Assembly (NCBI GenBank): GCA_016196545.1
Contig: JACPXM010000007.1
Span: 1 to 44,074 of the forward strand
From: Candidatus Omnitrophota bacterium
GTDB taxonomy: Bacteria > Omnitrophota > Omnitrophia > Omnitrophales > Aquincolibacteriaceae
Reading direction: 5' to 3'
DNA length: 44,074 nucleotides
Shown: positions 8,368 through 17,052 of the stretch, piece after piece
How the letters are laid out: each line of letters begins with the position of its first letter
Position numbering within the stretch: the first letter of the stretch is position 1
The notes under the pieces: generated by a model
The model's input: the letters and a program-made list of their open reading frames with translations, nothing else
Database searches by the model: none
Told to the model about the DNA's origin: nothing
Program-made: the position numbers and the translations under genes

Positions 8368-10805
8368 GACACACTTCCAATCAAAGCTTCCGCTTCCTTT
8401 GGAAGCACAAAATCCTTGAATTGCATGGGATGAACGGGTTTTGAGGCCTCTCCCCACGGATTCACAACTTTAGCTCTGGCCCTGGCCAAACGATCGAGCA
8501 GGCCTTTTTTTGTTTCCTCGGAAGCCAGGACTGTTTCGCGACGGATTTTTTCGAGGCCCACTCGCACCACAAAATCATAAGTCCGTTCGATGTACTCTCC
8601 ATTTTCACGATAATATTGAAAAAAGAGCAGTGCGGCCTCCAAAGCCTCTTCGGTTGTTTTGACAGTCACTAAAATATCCGCAGCCCGAACGATTTTTCCT
8701 GCCGCACCGCCGATGACAACCTGCCATCCGCCCTCCATTCCTACGAGCCCAATATCTTTGACCGTTGCTTCAGCACAGTTTCTTGGGCAACCCACCACCC
8801 CCATTTTGACTTTCGCTGGCGTGTAAAGGCCTTCCAAAAGAGTTTCGAGTTTGATTCCGGTCTCGATCGAGTTTTGAGTTCCGTAGCGGCAGAAATCCGT
8901 TCCCACACAGGATTTGACCATTCGCACAGCCTTGGCATACGCATGCCCGGATTTCATACCAAGATCCGCCCATACCTTGGGGAGATCCTCTTTTTTAATT
9001 CCGAGAAGGTCAATGCGCTGACTGCCCGTCACCTTGACCATTGGGACTTTGTATTTTTCCGCCACGTCGGCAATTTTGCGCAATTGTTCCGGACTTGTTA
9101 CGCCGCCATGCATGCGTGGAATCACAGAAAAAGTCCCGTCCCTCTGAATGTTCGCGTGCACGCGATCATTGATAAATCGAGCCGAGCGGTCTTCTTTGTG
9201 ATCTCCACAGTGAACTTCATCCACAATAAAACTTAAGGCGGGTTTACAAAAAGAACAACCGATGGCATTTCCGTAAATATCTAAAACATCCTGCACGGAT
9301 TTTAGTTTCTGCGTTTCAATCATCGTCCGGAGCTGCTCTTTGGGGAAAGGGACGCAGGCACATAACGTTTCCTTTTTCTCTTCCTGAAATTCAGAACCCA
9401 GTGCGGCCACCAAAATATCCTGAACAAGGCCGGCACAGGTGCCGCAACCCGAAGAAGCTTTCGTGCAGGCTTTCACTTGGGAAACAGTTTTACAGTCTTG
9501 ATCTTTGATCGCAGAAAGAATTTGTCCCTTCGAAACACCAATACATCCGCAAATGGTATCGGTATCCGCCCGCGACATCACATCCGAGGGAGATCCGCTA
9601 GCCGCCACTGACTCCCCAAAAAGAAGCCCTTTTCTCCCTTTGCTGATCAATTCCTTTTTTCGCATTAATTCAAGCAGCTTGTTTGCATCGGAGGCATCCC
9701 CAATCAAAATAGTTCCAATCACCCGGTCATGTTGAAACACAATTTTTTTATAAATACCCAACCCCTGATCTTGGTAAGCCGCGATTTCTTTGTCCGGTCC
9801 ATCCGCTTTAAAATCTCCGGCAGAGAAAAGTTCGATTCCCATAATTTTTAGTTTGGTTGCCAAAACGGAACCTTCATAAACCATCCCTTTGTCTCCCGTC
9901 ATAGTTGCTGCCAGCACTTTCCCTTGGTCATAAAGAGGCGCTACAAGACCGTAAACTTTGCCCCGGTGTTCAACGCATTCGCCAACCGCAAAAATACTCG
10001 GATCGTTTGTTTCCATCATGTCGTTCACAACGATTCCACGATTGACTTCTAAACCCGCTTTTTTTCCAAGTTCGACATTGGGCCGTATGCCGCACGCGAT
10101 CACAACCATATCGGTCTCGACCTGAGAGCCGTCTTTAAACAGAACCCCTTGAACATTTTCCTCCCCTAAAATCTGAGTCGTGTTTTTATTCAAAAGGATT
10201 GAAATCCCTAGTTTCTCAATCTCACGCTTGAGAAAATTTCCTCCAACTTCATCGAGCTGCACATCCATAAGCCGGTCCAGCAAATGCACAACAGTAACGG
10301 GTACTTTCTGATTCGAAATTCCGCGCGCAGCTTCAAGCCCCAAAAGGCCGCCGCCAATCACTAAAGCATGTTTCGAGGTTTTGCAGGCAGCGAGAATATT
10401 TTCCGTGTCCGCCATATTGCGGAAAGTAAACACACCTTTTTTATTAACTCCTTCAATAGGCGGAATGAAAGGATTGCTGCCGGTCGCTAAAAGCAAAAGA
10501 TCATATGAAAACGTTCGGCCATCTGCGGTATGAATAACTTTATTTTTAGGATCGACATCAATGACTTTAGCTTCCAAACAAAGCATAATTTCATTTTGCT
10601 CATACCATTCCTTACTATTAATGTAGATCTCGTTCAAATTTTTCTCGCCGGCAAGAACGGAGGAAAGGAGAATCCGGTTATAGTTGTAATAAGATTCTTC
10701 ACTTAAAACAGTGATTCTGAAATTGGGTTTTCTTTTCAGAATCTGATCCACGCAAGCAATGCCGGCCATTCCATTACCAACAACTATTAAATGTTTTTGT
10801 TCCAT
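8364..10805 (-). CDS. nirB: NAD(P)H nitrite reductase large subunit
   Basis: VVGNGMAG, YNRILLS, IGGGLLGLEAA, two BFD-like domains, ERVHANIQ-like DRVHANIQRDGT, KSCVGTDFCRYG, GCPRNCAE. Confidence 0.95.
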   Translation of the reverse strand: MEQKHLIVVGNGMAGIACVDQILKRKPNFRITVLSEESYYNYNRILLSSVLAGEKNLNEIYINSKEWYEQNEIMLCLEAKVIDVDPKNKVIHTADGRTFSYDLLLLATGSNPFIPPIEGVNKKGVFTFRNMADTENILAACKTSKHALVIGGGLLGLEAARGISNQKVPVTVVHLLDRLMDVQLDEVGGNFLKREIEKLGISILLNKNTTQILGEENVQGVLFKDGSQVETDMVVIACGIRPNVELGKKAGLEVNRGIVVNDMMETNDPSIFAVGECVEHRGKVYGLVAPLYDQGKVLAATMTGDKGMVYEGSVLATKLKIMGIELFSAGDFKADGPDKEIAAYQDQGLGIYKKIVFQHDRVIGTILIGDASDANKLLELMRKKELISKGRKGLLFGESVAASGSPSDVMSRADTDTICGCIGVSKGQILSAIKDQDCKTVSQVKACTKASSGCGTCAGLVQDILVAALGSEFQEEKKETLCACVPFPKEQLRTMIETQKLKSVQDVLDIYGNAIGCSFCKPALSFIVDEVHCGDHKEDRSARFINDRVHANIQRDGTFSVIPRMHGGVTSPEQLRKIADVAEKYKVPMVKVTGSQRIDLLGIKKEDLPKVWADLGMKSGHAYAKAVRMVKSCVGTDFCRYGTQNSIETGIKLETLLEGLYTPAKVKMGVVGCPRNCAEATVKDIGLVGMEGGWQVVIGGAAGKIVRAADILVTVKTTEEALEAALLFFQYYRENGEYIERTYDFVVRVGLEKIRRETVLASEETKKGLLDRLARARAKVVNPWGEASKPVHPMQFKDFVLPKEAEALIGSVS

Positions 10806-10835
10806 TTTAGGCTCCCTCGTTCCCTATGAGCTTTT

Positions 10836-10881
10836 AAAAGCAAAAAGGCGTTCAACGAATCTATCCGCTGAACGCCTTTGC
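10836..10881 (-). terminator. Intrinsic terminator in the nirB leader (attenuator)
   Basis: Minus strand GCAAAGGCGTTCAGCG-GATAGATT-CGTTGAACGCCTTTTTGCTTTT: long stem followed by U-tract. Confidence 0.85.
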
Positions 10882-10915
10882 TCAACTTTTGAACTGGAAC
10901 GCCGTTGCCCCAGTT
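10869..10915 (-). promoter_or_regulatory. ANTAR-binding dual-hairpin antiterminator element #1
   Basis: P1 AACTGGGGC-AACGGC-GTTCCAGTT and P2 TGAGC-AAAGGC-GTTCA, A1/G4 hexaloops; P2 overlaps the 5' arm of the terminator; adjacent to an ANTAR gene. Confidence 0.88.
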
Positions 10916-10953
10916 TTTCAAATTTTAAAAACGGGTTTTACTTGCTTGTTCGA

Positions 10954-11667
10954 CTAATTCGCAATTTCCTCCGATAAAATAATTGCTTCCGCAATATCCT
11001 TCAAAGAATGGCCTTTATCCATGCTCTGTTTTTGGAGTATCCTATAGGCTTCTGCCTCACTGATGGAGTGCCTCTTAATCAAAATACCTTTGGCACGCTC
11101 AATCCGCTTACGGGCTTCAAGTGCTTCAACTGCGGTAATCTTCTCTGTTAAAAGATTTGTGTTTTCAATCGCGACCGCGGCCTGATTGGCAACCCCAACG
11201 AGAAGCTGAATTTCCTCTTCGCCAAATTCATGTTCCGTTGTTGTATAACAGTTTAGGACCCCAATCACCCGGTTTTTTATCATCATGGGAACCGAAACAA
11301 GTGACCGTAAGCCCTCTGTTTTTGCAATTTCCGGATATTTGTAACCGCTTTCCGCGGTAACATCGCGTACTGTAATCGGAACTTTTTTCTGAACAACCCT
11401 TCCGACGACACTCTCACCGACTTTAATCGGAGGCTTGGTACGGTAATGCTCACTTAAACTTTGGGTGGCTTTAATCACAAGCTCCTGTTTTTCTTCATCC
11501 AATAACATGAGTGAACAAATTTTAGATCCCATGAGGTCTGCCGTCATTCCCACCACAAGCAAAAGAATTTCTTCAACGTAGCGGTTGGACGTAATAGCAC
11601 GGCTAACTTCATAAAGGAGATCGAATCCTTTATGCTTTTTTGACTTGAGGCCATCATATTCAGTCAT
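10954..11667 (-). CDS. GAF + ANTAR transcription antiterminator
   Basis: GAF (CSLMLLD...GESVVG...SLVSVPM...IGVLNCY...AAVAIEN) followed by ANTAR signature RKRIERAKGILIK...EAEAYRILQKQSMD...LKDIAEAII. Confidence 0.9.
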   Translation of the reverse strand: MTEYDGLKSKKHKGFDLLYEVSRAITSNRYVEEILLLVVGMTADLMGSKICSLMLLDEEKQELVIKATQSLSEHYRTKPPIKVGESVVGRVVQKKVPITVRDVTAESGYKYPEIAKTEGLRSLVSVPMMIKNRVIGVLNCYTTTEHEFGEEEIQLLVGVANQAAVAIENTNLLTEKITAVEALEARKRIERAKGILIKRHSISEAEAYRILQKQSMDKGHSLKDIAEAIILSEEIAN

Positions 11668-11816
11668 CGCTCACTATGGACCAGCTTTTCTGCTCAAATA
11701 CTTTTAATCTTTCAAAAGTCTTCACAAAAAGGTAACTAAAAAGGACATTTTTGTAAGAGAAGTCTGCTCTTTTCTCTCGTATGACTATTTATTGTAGGGA
11801 GTATGCCCCCTGATAT

Positions 11817-11831
11817 ACATAAATCATGCCA
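11817..11831 (-). promoter_or_regulatory. Possible sigma54 promoter of the GAF-ANTAR / nitrate operon
   Basis: TGGCAT-GATTT-ATGT: good -24 box, non-consensus -12 box; AT-rich upstream DNA. Confidence 0.35.
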
Positions 11832-12197
11832 AATAATTTTATTTTTAGCCTTATCATCCTAAATCAAGGCCTTTTTCTTTCTGCCCCCCCCATTGAACAA
11901 CAACGATTTCAAGAACCTGCCTTATTGATCTCTTAAACACTTTGAGGGCAGGTTTCTGGGCAATTCCCAAATCAGTGGAAATAATTTCCTTTCTATAGGA
12001 AAGCACATGGAAATAGTTATTTTTTGCCTGGATAACTAAATATAATTATCTTTTGGAAGGAAATCAAAAGGTTGAAAAAAAAGTAAGAATACAACGCGGA
12101 AGCTAGGTCTTAGTTTTTGTAACTTCTTATTCATCAATGCCATACATAACAAGTCCGCATGTTTGGAATAAAAATCATACGGAGCTTTGTCCATCGG

Positions 12198-12248
12198 TCA
12201 GCCAAAAGTTTTAATGCTGACTTTTAATGGTTTATCTTGTGTGTTCAT
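12198..12248 (-). pseudogene. Short MiaB-like N-terminal remnant, copy 2 (MNTQDKPLKVSIKTFG*, then PMD)
   Basis: Resembles the methylthiotransferase N-terminal motif IxTFGCQMN with TGA at the Cys position; homologous to 13709-13768. Confidence 0.55.
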
Positions 12249-12306
12249 GAGTAGTTAGTAAAATTTATTGAGTTTGTCGAGCCGATGAATTCACATGACT
12301 GTGACT

Positions 12307-13086
12307 TCACTTAAGAATTCTAACAATTTCCGCAAGAAAAACATCTACATCATGTGAAAAATTGACTTGGGTTCTGTTCGGCAATACTTCTTTTTTTCTG
12401 ATCTGGCAATGAAGGTGCTGATCTGCGATTTTCCGAGATGAATTCTCAAGATGCTGCATTGATTCTCGAAATGATTTGGATCCACCGTAATTAGAAGCGA
12501 CCTGAGCAAAGGTTTTCTGTCCAAAAATCGGCGGCACATGATCAATGACTGCTCGAGTCAGTTGAATGACTGATATATAAGATTCGTTTTGAAATGCTAG
12601 ATTTATTTCTTTTAAAATCTGGAGAAGCCTTGATAAATCAAAATCAGAATGCCTTAAAGCCTTTAACTGCTGCATTCGATCGTAATTGATAAAAGAATCG
12701 TGAGAAGGCCCTTTAAGTTGTCCGTGTGGTTGTTCTGGCAAATCACCTGATTCATAAATACCGATTGCTTTATTTAGAGCATCTAAAATACTATCTGGCG
12801 GAACAGCGTAAGGACCGCCTTCGTTGTGAAACATATCGTCTATCAAATCCATGCTGAAAAGGAACCCACCAGCTACAGGTGCTGCCCTACCAGACATACG
12901 GGTAGGCACATTAGCATTACTCAGATATTTTTTCATTTTCGTCGATTGCCTTGTAATCGCTTCTCTAATTGTTTTTAGCTGTTCTTCGGAGACGGAACTA
13001 TAGTGATCGAATCTATGTTGAAAATACAAAGAGACATTTTTTTTAAAATTATCTATTTCTGAGATTATCTTTTTATATTCAGTCAT
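12307..13086 (-). CDS. Hypothetical protein with a helical C-terminal domain, possibly HEPN-like
   Basis: 259-aa ORF in AT-rich DNA; RAVIDHVPPIFG...SRKIADQHLH contains an R-x5-H / R-x7-H pattern; start overlaps the upstream stop (ATGA). Confidence 0.6.
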   Translation of the reverse strand: MTEYKKIISEIDNFKKNVSLYFQHRFDHYSSVSEEQLKTIREAITRQSTKMKKYLSNANVPTRMSGRAAPVAGGFLFSMDLIDDMFHNEGGPYAVPPDSILDALNKAIGIYESGDLPEQPHGQLKGPSHDSFINYDRMQQLKALRHSDFDLSRLLQILKEINLAFQNESYISVIQLTRAVIDHVPPIFGQKTFAQVASNYGGSKSFRESMQHLENSSRKIADQHLHCQIRKKEVLPNRTQVNFSHDVDVFLAEIVRILK

Positions 13087-13634
13087 TTGGCGTTAGCTGG
13101 GTCAACTCGTTCTTTCAAAAAGGTATTCTGAAAGTCTTCGATCCAATCAGGAAACATTACCGCATTATATTCGTTCTTATCTTCAAAGCTTTCATACCGA
13201 AGAGCCTTGATATGCTTTCCATAAAACTTTTTCCATATGCCTTCCCTGTCTTCGTTTATGTATGGCTTCGGAACACCCTCTGCAGCACATATCGAATCCA
13301 TATCTATAGCGTCAATACTGGTCTTTAAGGTCAGCTTCCAAAGAACTTTGTTTTTGGCATCACTCTCTTGAAGAGCGACATGAACTTTATACGTAACGCA
13401 AGTACTCGCAGTCCCTACGCCGATTGCCTGCCCATTCTCATATAACGATGCAAACTCCTTGGGACCAGGATATTGTGAAGGTTGTGAGGAAAACCTGGAG
13501 TATAGACCGCTTGGAATAACTGGGTCTATACCGTCATCCACAACTCTATAAAAAATTGTCCCCGCTTGCATAGTCATTTTGTGTAGGTTTAAGTCAATCT
13601 TATCGATATCGATGTCGCTCAAATTCTTATGCAT
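13083..13634 (-). CDS. RES-domain-like protein (putative NAD+-degrading toxin fold)
   Basis: Ordered motifs GTIFYRV, SRFS, ALQES, ALRYES, NAVMF match RES R-E-S spacing; start chosen at ATG 13634 (GGGAAG upstream), alternative 13712. Confidence 0.6.
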   Translation of the reverse strand: MHKNLSDIDIDKIDLNLHKMTMQAGTIFYRVVDDGIDPVIPSGLYSRFSSQPSQYPGPKEFASLYENGQAIGVGTASTCVTYKVHVALQESDAKNKVLWKLTLKTSIDAIDMDSICAAEGVPKPYINEDREGIWKKFYGKHIKALRYESFEDKNEYNAVMFPDWIEDFQNTFLKERVDPANAK

Positions 13635-13708
13635 AGGTCTTCCCAATAAACGCCGCAACCCCTTCCGCCAAAGCTTGGCAAACCTGTATTGCATTCGAAA
13701 TATGATGG

Positions 13709-13768
13709 TCATCCGAAAGTTTTGATACTGTCACGCAGCGGCCTAATTCCCTTATTCTGGACAATCAT
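13709..13768 (-). pseudogene. Short MiaB-like N-terminal remnant, copy 1 (MIVQNKGIRPLRDSIKTFG*)
   Basis: Follows the O-antigen ligase stop and a GAGGAGG; same SIKTFG*P codon string as 12198-12248. Confidence 0.55.
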
Positions 13769-13794
13769 TTTTCTATTTTGATTCCTCCTCACTT

Positions 13795-15006
13795 TCATGG
13801 ATATTTTGAGTAAGCCAAGCTAAGGCCGGCCAGATACCAAAATGCCATCACCGACGGGGCATTGTGCATCACGGTATCGACCATGGCAAAGAGCAAAAAA
13901 TTGAGGGCGCCGGCAAAAAGCCCGAGGCGGAGGATGCGTGCGGATTCCGGCTCCTGAGGATTTTTTCGAAAATGAATTGCGAAAAGCCGCAGCAAGAATA
14001 AAACAAAACAGAGAAGGCCCGGGAGCCCGATTTCCGCGGCCATTTGCAAATAGCCATTGTGCGCATAGTAATTTCTGACACGCCAGTTTTGTGTCATGTC
14101 GTATTTGGTATGTGCCTTTGCATAGGTGTTGATTCCGGTTCCAAAGACCGGGCGGGCTTTAATGACTTGAAGGGCGCGGTCCCAAAGCACCTGGCGCTCA
14201 ACCACCGACTGCTCCGCGCCGTGCTGATCCAAATGGATCATCATTCTCTTGGGAACAAAGGTCACAAGCACCGTACAGACAATGATCCCTGCGCCCAGCC
14301 ATTTCCATTTCCTCAAATAAATAAGCATCAAAAAAAGCCCGGCACCAAAGGCCAAGACCGCCCCTCGGGATCGTGTCAAGAATAATAGGGTGCAAGCCAA
14401 AAAAAATAAAATCCACGAAATCCACAACGCTGGCCCTTTTTTACCCTTTGTCTTATGCAGCGCCAATGCAAAAAGGAACGGGGCTGTGCTGATGAGATAA
14501 GAAGCAAATAACCCATAGCTTTTAAAGGATGCTGAAACACGCGGCCGCGAATCCATGATTTCAGCCATATAGCCGCGAAGAAGGTCCGTCCCCGCAAAAT
14601 ACTGATAACATCCGTCCGCGACAAGCACACCATAAAAGAGAAGAAACACGGTTTCAAGCACGGGCCGCCGACCAGCCTCTGCAAAAAATTCGGCAGCCAT
14701 CCAAAAAATCGCAACGTGCTGGAGCATTTTCAAAAGGCCGCGGAAACTTTCAGAGGGAAAATCCGAAAGAACTGCGGAAAAAACCGCTGCCACAAACCAA
14801 AACCCGAGAAAGAGCTTAATTTGGGGATCCAGGCGAATCCTATAATCCTTCTTCTTTCTTTTCCAAACCAGGAAGAAAAAAAGCGCGAGGACAAAGGCAA
14901 TTTCGACAAGCGCGGTGGAAAACGCAAGACCCGCCCAAAGCGCAAGAAGCGAGGCGGTCATTAAATTGATTTGCAGCTTTGCAGGTTTTATCCAAACCGT
15001 GGTCAT
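13795..15006 (-). CDS. O-antigen ligase (Wzy_C/WaaL) family membrane protein
   Basis: Multi-TM; LTRSRGA, R..LW..AL..IK.RP.FGTG, AHNGYLQMAAEIGLPG motifs. Confidence 0.88.
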   Translation of the reverse strand: MTTVWIKPAKLQINLMTASLLALWAGLAFSTALVEIAFVLALFFFLVWKRKKKDYRIRLDPQIKLFLGFWFVAAVFSAVLSDFPSESFRGLLKMLQHVAIFWMAAEFFAEAGRRPVLETVFLLFYGVLVADGCYQYFAGTDLLRGYMAEIMDSRPRVSASFKSYGLFASYLISTAPFLFALALHKTKGKKGPALWISWILFFLACTLLFLTRSRGAVLAFGAGLFLMLIYLRKWKWLGAGIIVCTVLVTFVPKRMMIHLDQHGAEQSVVERQVLWDRALQVIKARPVFGTGINTYAKAHTKYDMTQNWRVRNYYAHNGYLQMAAEIGLPGLLCFVLFLLRLFAIHFRKNPQEPESARILRLGLFAGALNFLLFAMVDTVMHNAPSVMAFWYLAGLSLAYSKYP

Positions 15007-15100
15007 GAGCCTCCATTTTCGCCAAACTTTCCTCGCTGTCAATCCTCGATTTGCCTAGTATTTTACATTTTGACTGTTTCTCAAGAACCTGCCTCCTCGC

Positions 15101-15191
15101 CCTCCCCCACACCCGGTGTGTCGACGGTTCCTACACCCAACCACCCTGACACCCGGTGTGAAATGCTTTTACACACCGGGTGTAGGAGAGG
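15101..15191. repeat. REP-like intergenic repeat cluster
   Basis: ACACCCGGTGTG at 15109-15120 and 15149-15160, inverted copy at 15172-15183; TCCTACACCC (15129-15138) also pairs with 15178-15187. Confidence 0.65.
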
Positions 15192-15304
15192 TGCGGCTAT
15201 TGTCAACAACCTGCTGCCGTCAGATAGACGCCCATGCAGGGTTTTTCTTGAAGCACAATGAACACAAGCTTTATAATGACAGTATTTTAACCAAGGAGGA
15301 CCGT

Positions 15305-16318
15305 ATGGCGACTGTGGCTCAGAAAACAAAGAAAAAGGTCTCTGAAAGGGGCGGGGCGATCAAAAATTTTATCAAGCATCACTTCCGCCACTTTAATGCG
15401 GCCGTCATCGTGGATGCTGCCGAGGCCTGGGTCCAATATTTGGAAGACGGCAACAAAATGTTTTTCACCATGGCGGGCGCCATGAGCACGGGCGAACTCG
15501 GGCTTTCGCTTGCGGAAATGATTCGCCAAAATAAAATTCACGGCATTTGCACCACGGGCGCTAATCTCGAAGAAGATATTTTTAATCTTGTGGCCCATGA
15601 TTTTTATAAGCGGGTTCCCCAATACCGCAACCTTACGCCGAAAGAAGAATTAGAACTTCGGGACAAAGGGTTAAATCGTGTCACCGATACTTGCATTCCG
15701 GAAGAAGAAGCAATGCGAAGGATTGAACGGGAGGTGCTCAAATTCTGGCAAAAGGCAGATCAAGAAAAGAAGCGCTGTTTTCCTTACGAATATATGTATC
15801 AGCTCTTGAGAAGCGGCGCCATTGAAAAATGGTATCAAATTGATCTCAAAGATTCGTGGGTCGCAGCCGCGTGTGAAAAAAACTTGCCGATTTTTACTCC
15901 GGGCTGGGAAGATTCCACCCTCGGTAATATCTTTGTCGCCAATGTCAGACGCAAGGAGGTGTCCGAGTTTCACGTCGTAAAATCCGGCGTCGAGCAAATG
16001 GATTTTCTGATTGATTGGTACAAGCAAAATACGAAAACCGGAAGTCTTGGTTTTTTTCAAATCGGCGGAGGCATTGCAGGTGACTTTCCAATTTGCGTGG
16101 TCCCGTTGATTCAGCAGGATTTAAAGGAAAACTGCAAACTCTGGGGCTATTTTTGTCAAATTTCCGACAGTACGACCTCTTACGGTTCTTACAGCGGCGC
16201 TGTCCCCAATGAGAAAATCACCTGGGGCAAGCTCGACATCAACACCCCACGTTTCATCATTGAATCAGACGCCACCATCGTCGCTCCCCTCGTCTTCGCC
16301 TATGTCCTCGGACAATAA
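15305..16318 (+). CDS. Deoxyhypusine synthase family protein (bacterial; probable homospermidine synthesis)
   Basis: RHFNAA, AGAMST, TGANLEED, NRVTDT, WEDSTLGN, QIGGGIAGDF, SYSGAVPNEKITWGK, SDATIV; RBS AAGGAGGA before ATG 15305. Confidence 0.9.
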   Translation: MATVAQKTKKKVSERGGAIKNFIKHHFRHFNAAVIVDAAEAWVQYLEDGNKMFFTMAGAMSTGELGLSLAEMIRQNKIHGICTTGANLEEDIFNLVAHDFYKRVPQYRNLTPKEELELRDKGLNRVTDTCIPEEEAMRRIEREVLKFWQKADQEKKRCFPYEYMYQLLRSGAIEKWYQIDLKDSWVAAACEKNLPIFTPGWEDSTLGNIFVANVRRKEVSEFHVVKSGVEQMDFLIDWYKQNTKTGSLGFFQIGGGIAGDFPICVVPLIQQDLKENCKLWGYFCQISDSTTSYGSYSGAVPNEKITWGKLDINTPRFIIESDATIVAPLVFAYVLGQ

Positions 16319-16320
16319 AC

Positions 16321-16343
16321 CAAAAGGTACCAGGTACCTTTTG
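16321..16343. repeat. Short palindrome between convergent genes (REP-like or bidirectional terminator)
   Basis: CAAAAGGTAC-CAG-GTACCTTTTG. Confidence 0.6.
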
Positions 16344-16347
16344 CATT

Positions 16348-17052
16348 TTATCCGCCGAGATAGGCTTCGATGACGGTAGGACTGGCGAGGAGTTCGGAAC
16401 CACTGCCTTCAAGCTGAATGCGGCCGCTTTCAAGGACGTAGGCGTAATGCGCGAGTTCGAGCGCCCGGAGCGCGTTTTGCTCCACCAGAAGAAGCGTAAT
16501 CCCGCGCTCATTAATCTGCTGAATCAAATCAAAGACCAGGTCCACCATTTTGGGCGCAAGGCCGAGGCTCGGCTCATCCAAAAGCAAGAGCTTGGGCCGG
16601 GCCATCAGCGCGCGGGCCATGGCGAGCATTTGCTGCTCCCCACCACTCAAATTTCCTGCCAAATGGCGCAAACGCTCGCGAAGCGCGGGAAAAAGATCCA
16701 AAAATTCTTCTTTGTCATGGGCCAGCTCTTTTCCAGGAGTCCGGGTATAAGCGCCCAAATCCAGATTTTCCTCCACCGTCAAATGCGCAAATACCCGTCT
16801 TCCCTCCGGAACCTGCGTGATGCCAAGCCGCACAATGGCATCCGGCGCCAGCCTTTCGATCGAATAGCCTTCGAATTGAACGGAGCCCTTTTTGGATGCC
16901 ACAATGCCTGAAAGCGTCATAAGAAGCGTCGTCTTACCCGCCCCATTGGAACCAATCAGCGTGACGATTTTCCCGGCAGGCACTTCGAGTTTGACGCCCT
17001 TGAGAATTTCGATTTTTCCGTAGCCGGAATGAAGCCCCGTCACCTTTAGCAT
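16348..17052 (-). CDS. livF: Branched-chain amino acid ABC transporter ATPase
   Basis: GSNGAGKTT, VPEGRRVF, LSGGEQQMLA, LDEPSLGLAP, LLVEQN. Confidence 0.93.
   Translation of the reverse strand: MLKVTGLHSGYGKIEILKGVKLEVPAGKIVTLIGSNGAGKTTLLMTLSGIVASKKGSVQFEGYSIERLAPDAIVRLGITQVPEGRRVFAHLTVEENLDLGAYTRTPGKELAHDKEEFLDLFPALRERLRHLAGNLSGGEQQMLAMARALMARPKLLLLDEPSLGLAPKMVDLVFDLIQQINERGITLLLVEQNALRALELAHYAYVLESGRIQLEGSGSELLASPTVIEAYLGG

Noticed and set aside
11701-11735. Third MiaB-like stub (LFVKTFE)
   Set aside because: Only KTF matches, with no G-TGA-CC junction or suitable start; likely chance in AT-rich DNA.
11912-11956. Inverted repeat AACCTGCCTT / AGGGCAGGTT as an activator site for the nitrate operon
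   Set aside because: Plausible position but imperfect, and the associated sigma54 box is weak; not enough support to call.
12032-12248. Selenocysteine or other readthrough of TGA in the TFG*P mini-ORFs
   Set aside because: Beyond 'PMD' the readthrough frame shows no MiaB similarity and closes after about 70 codons, and no clear SECIS hairpin was seen. TGA is used as a normal stop by many genes here. A shared insertion junction explains the data better.
15116-15304. 63-aa N-terminal extension of the DHS-family protein
   Set aside because: It is a translation of the repeat element; the strong RBS is before ATG 15305.
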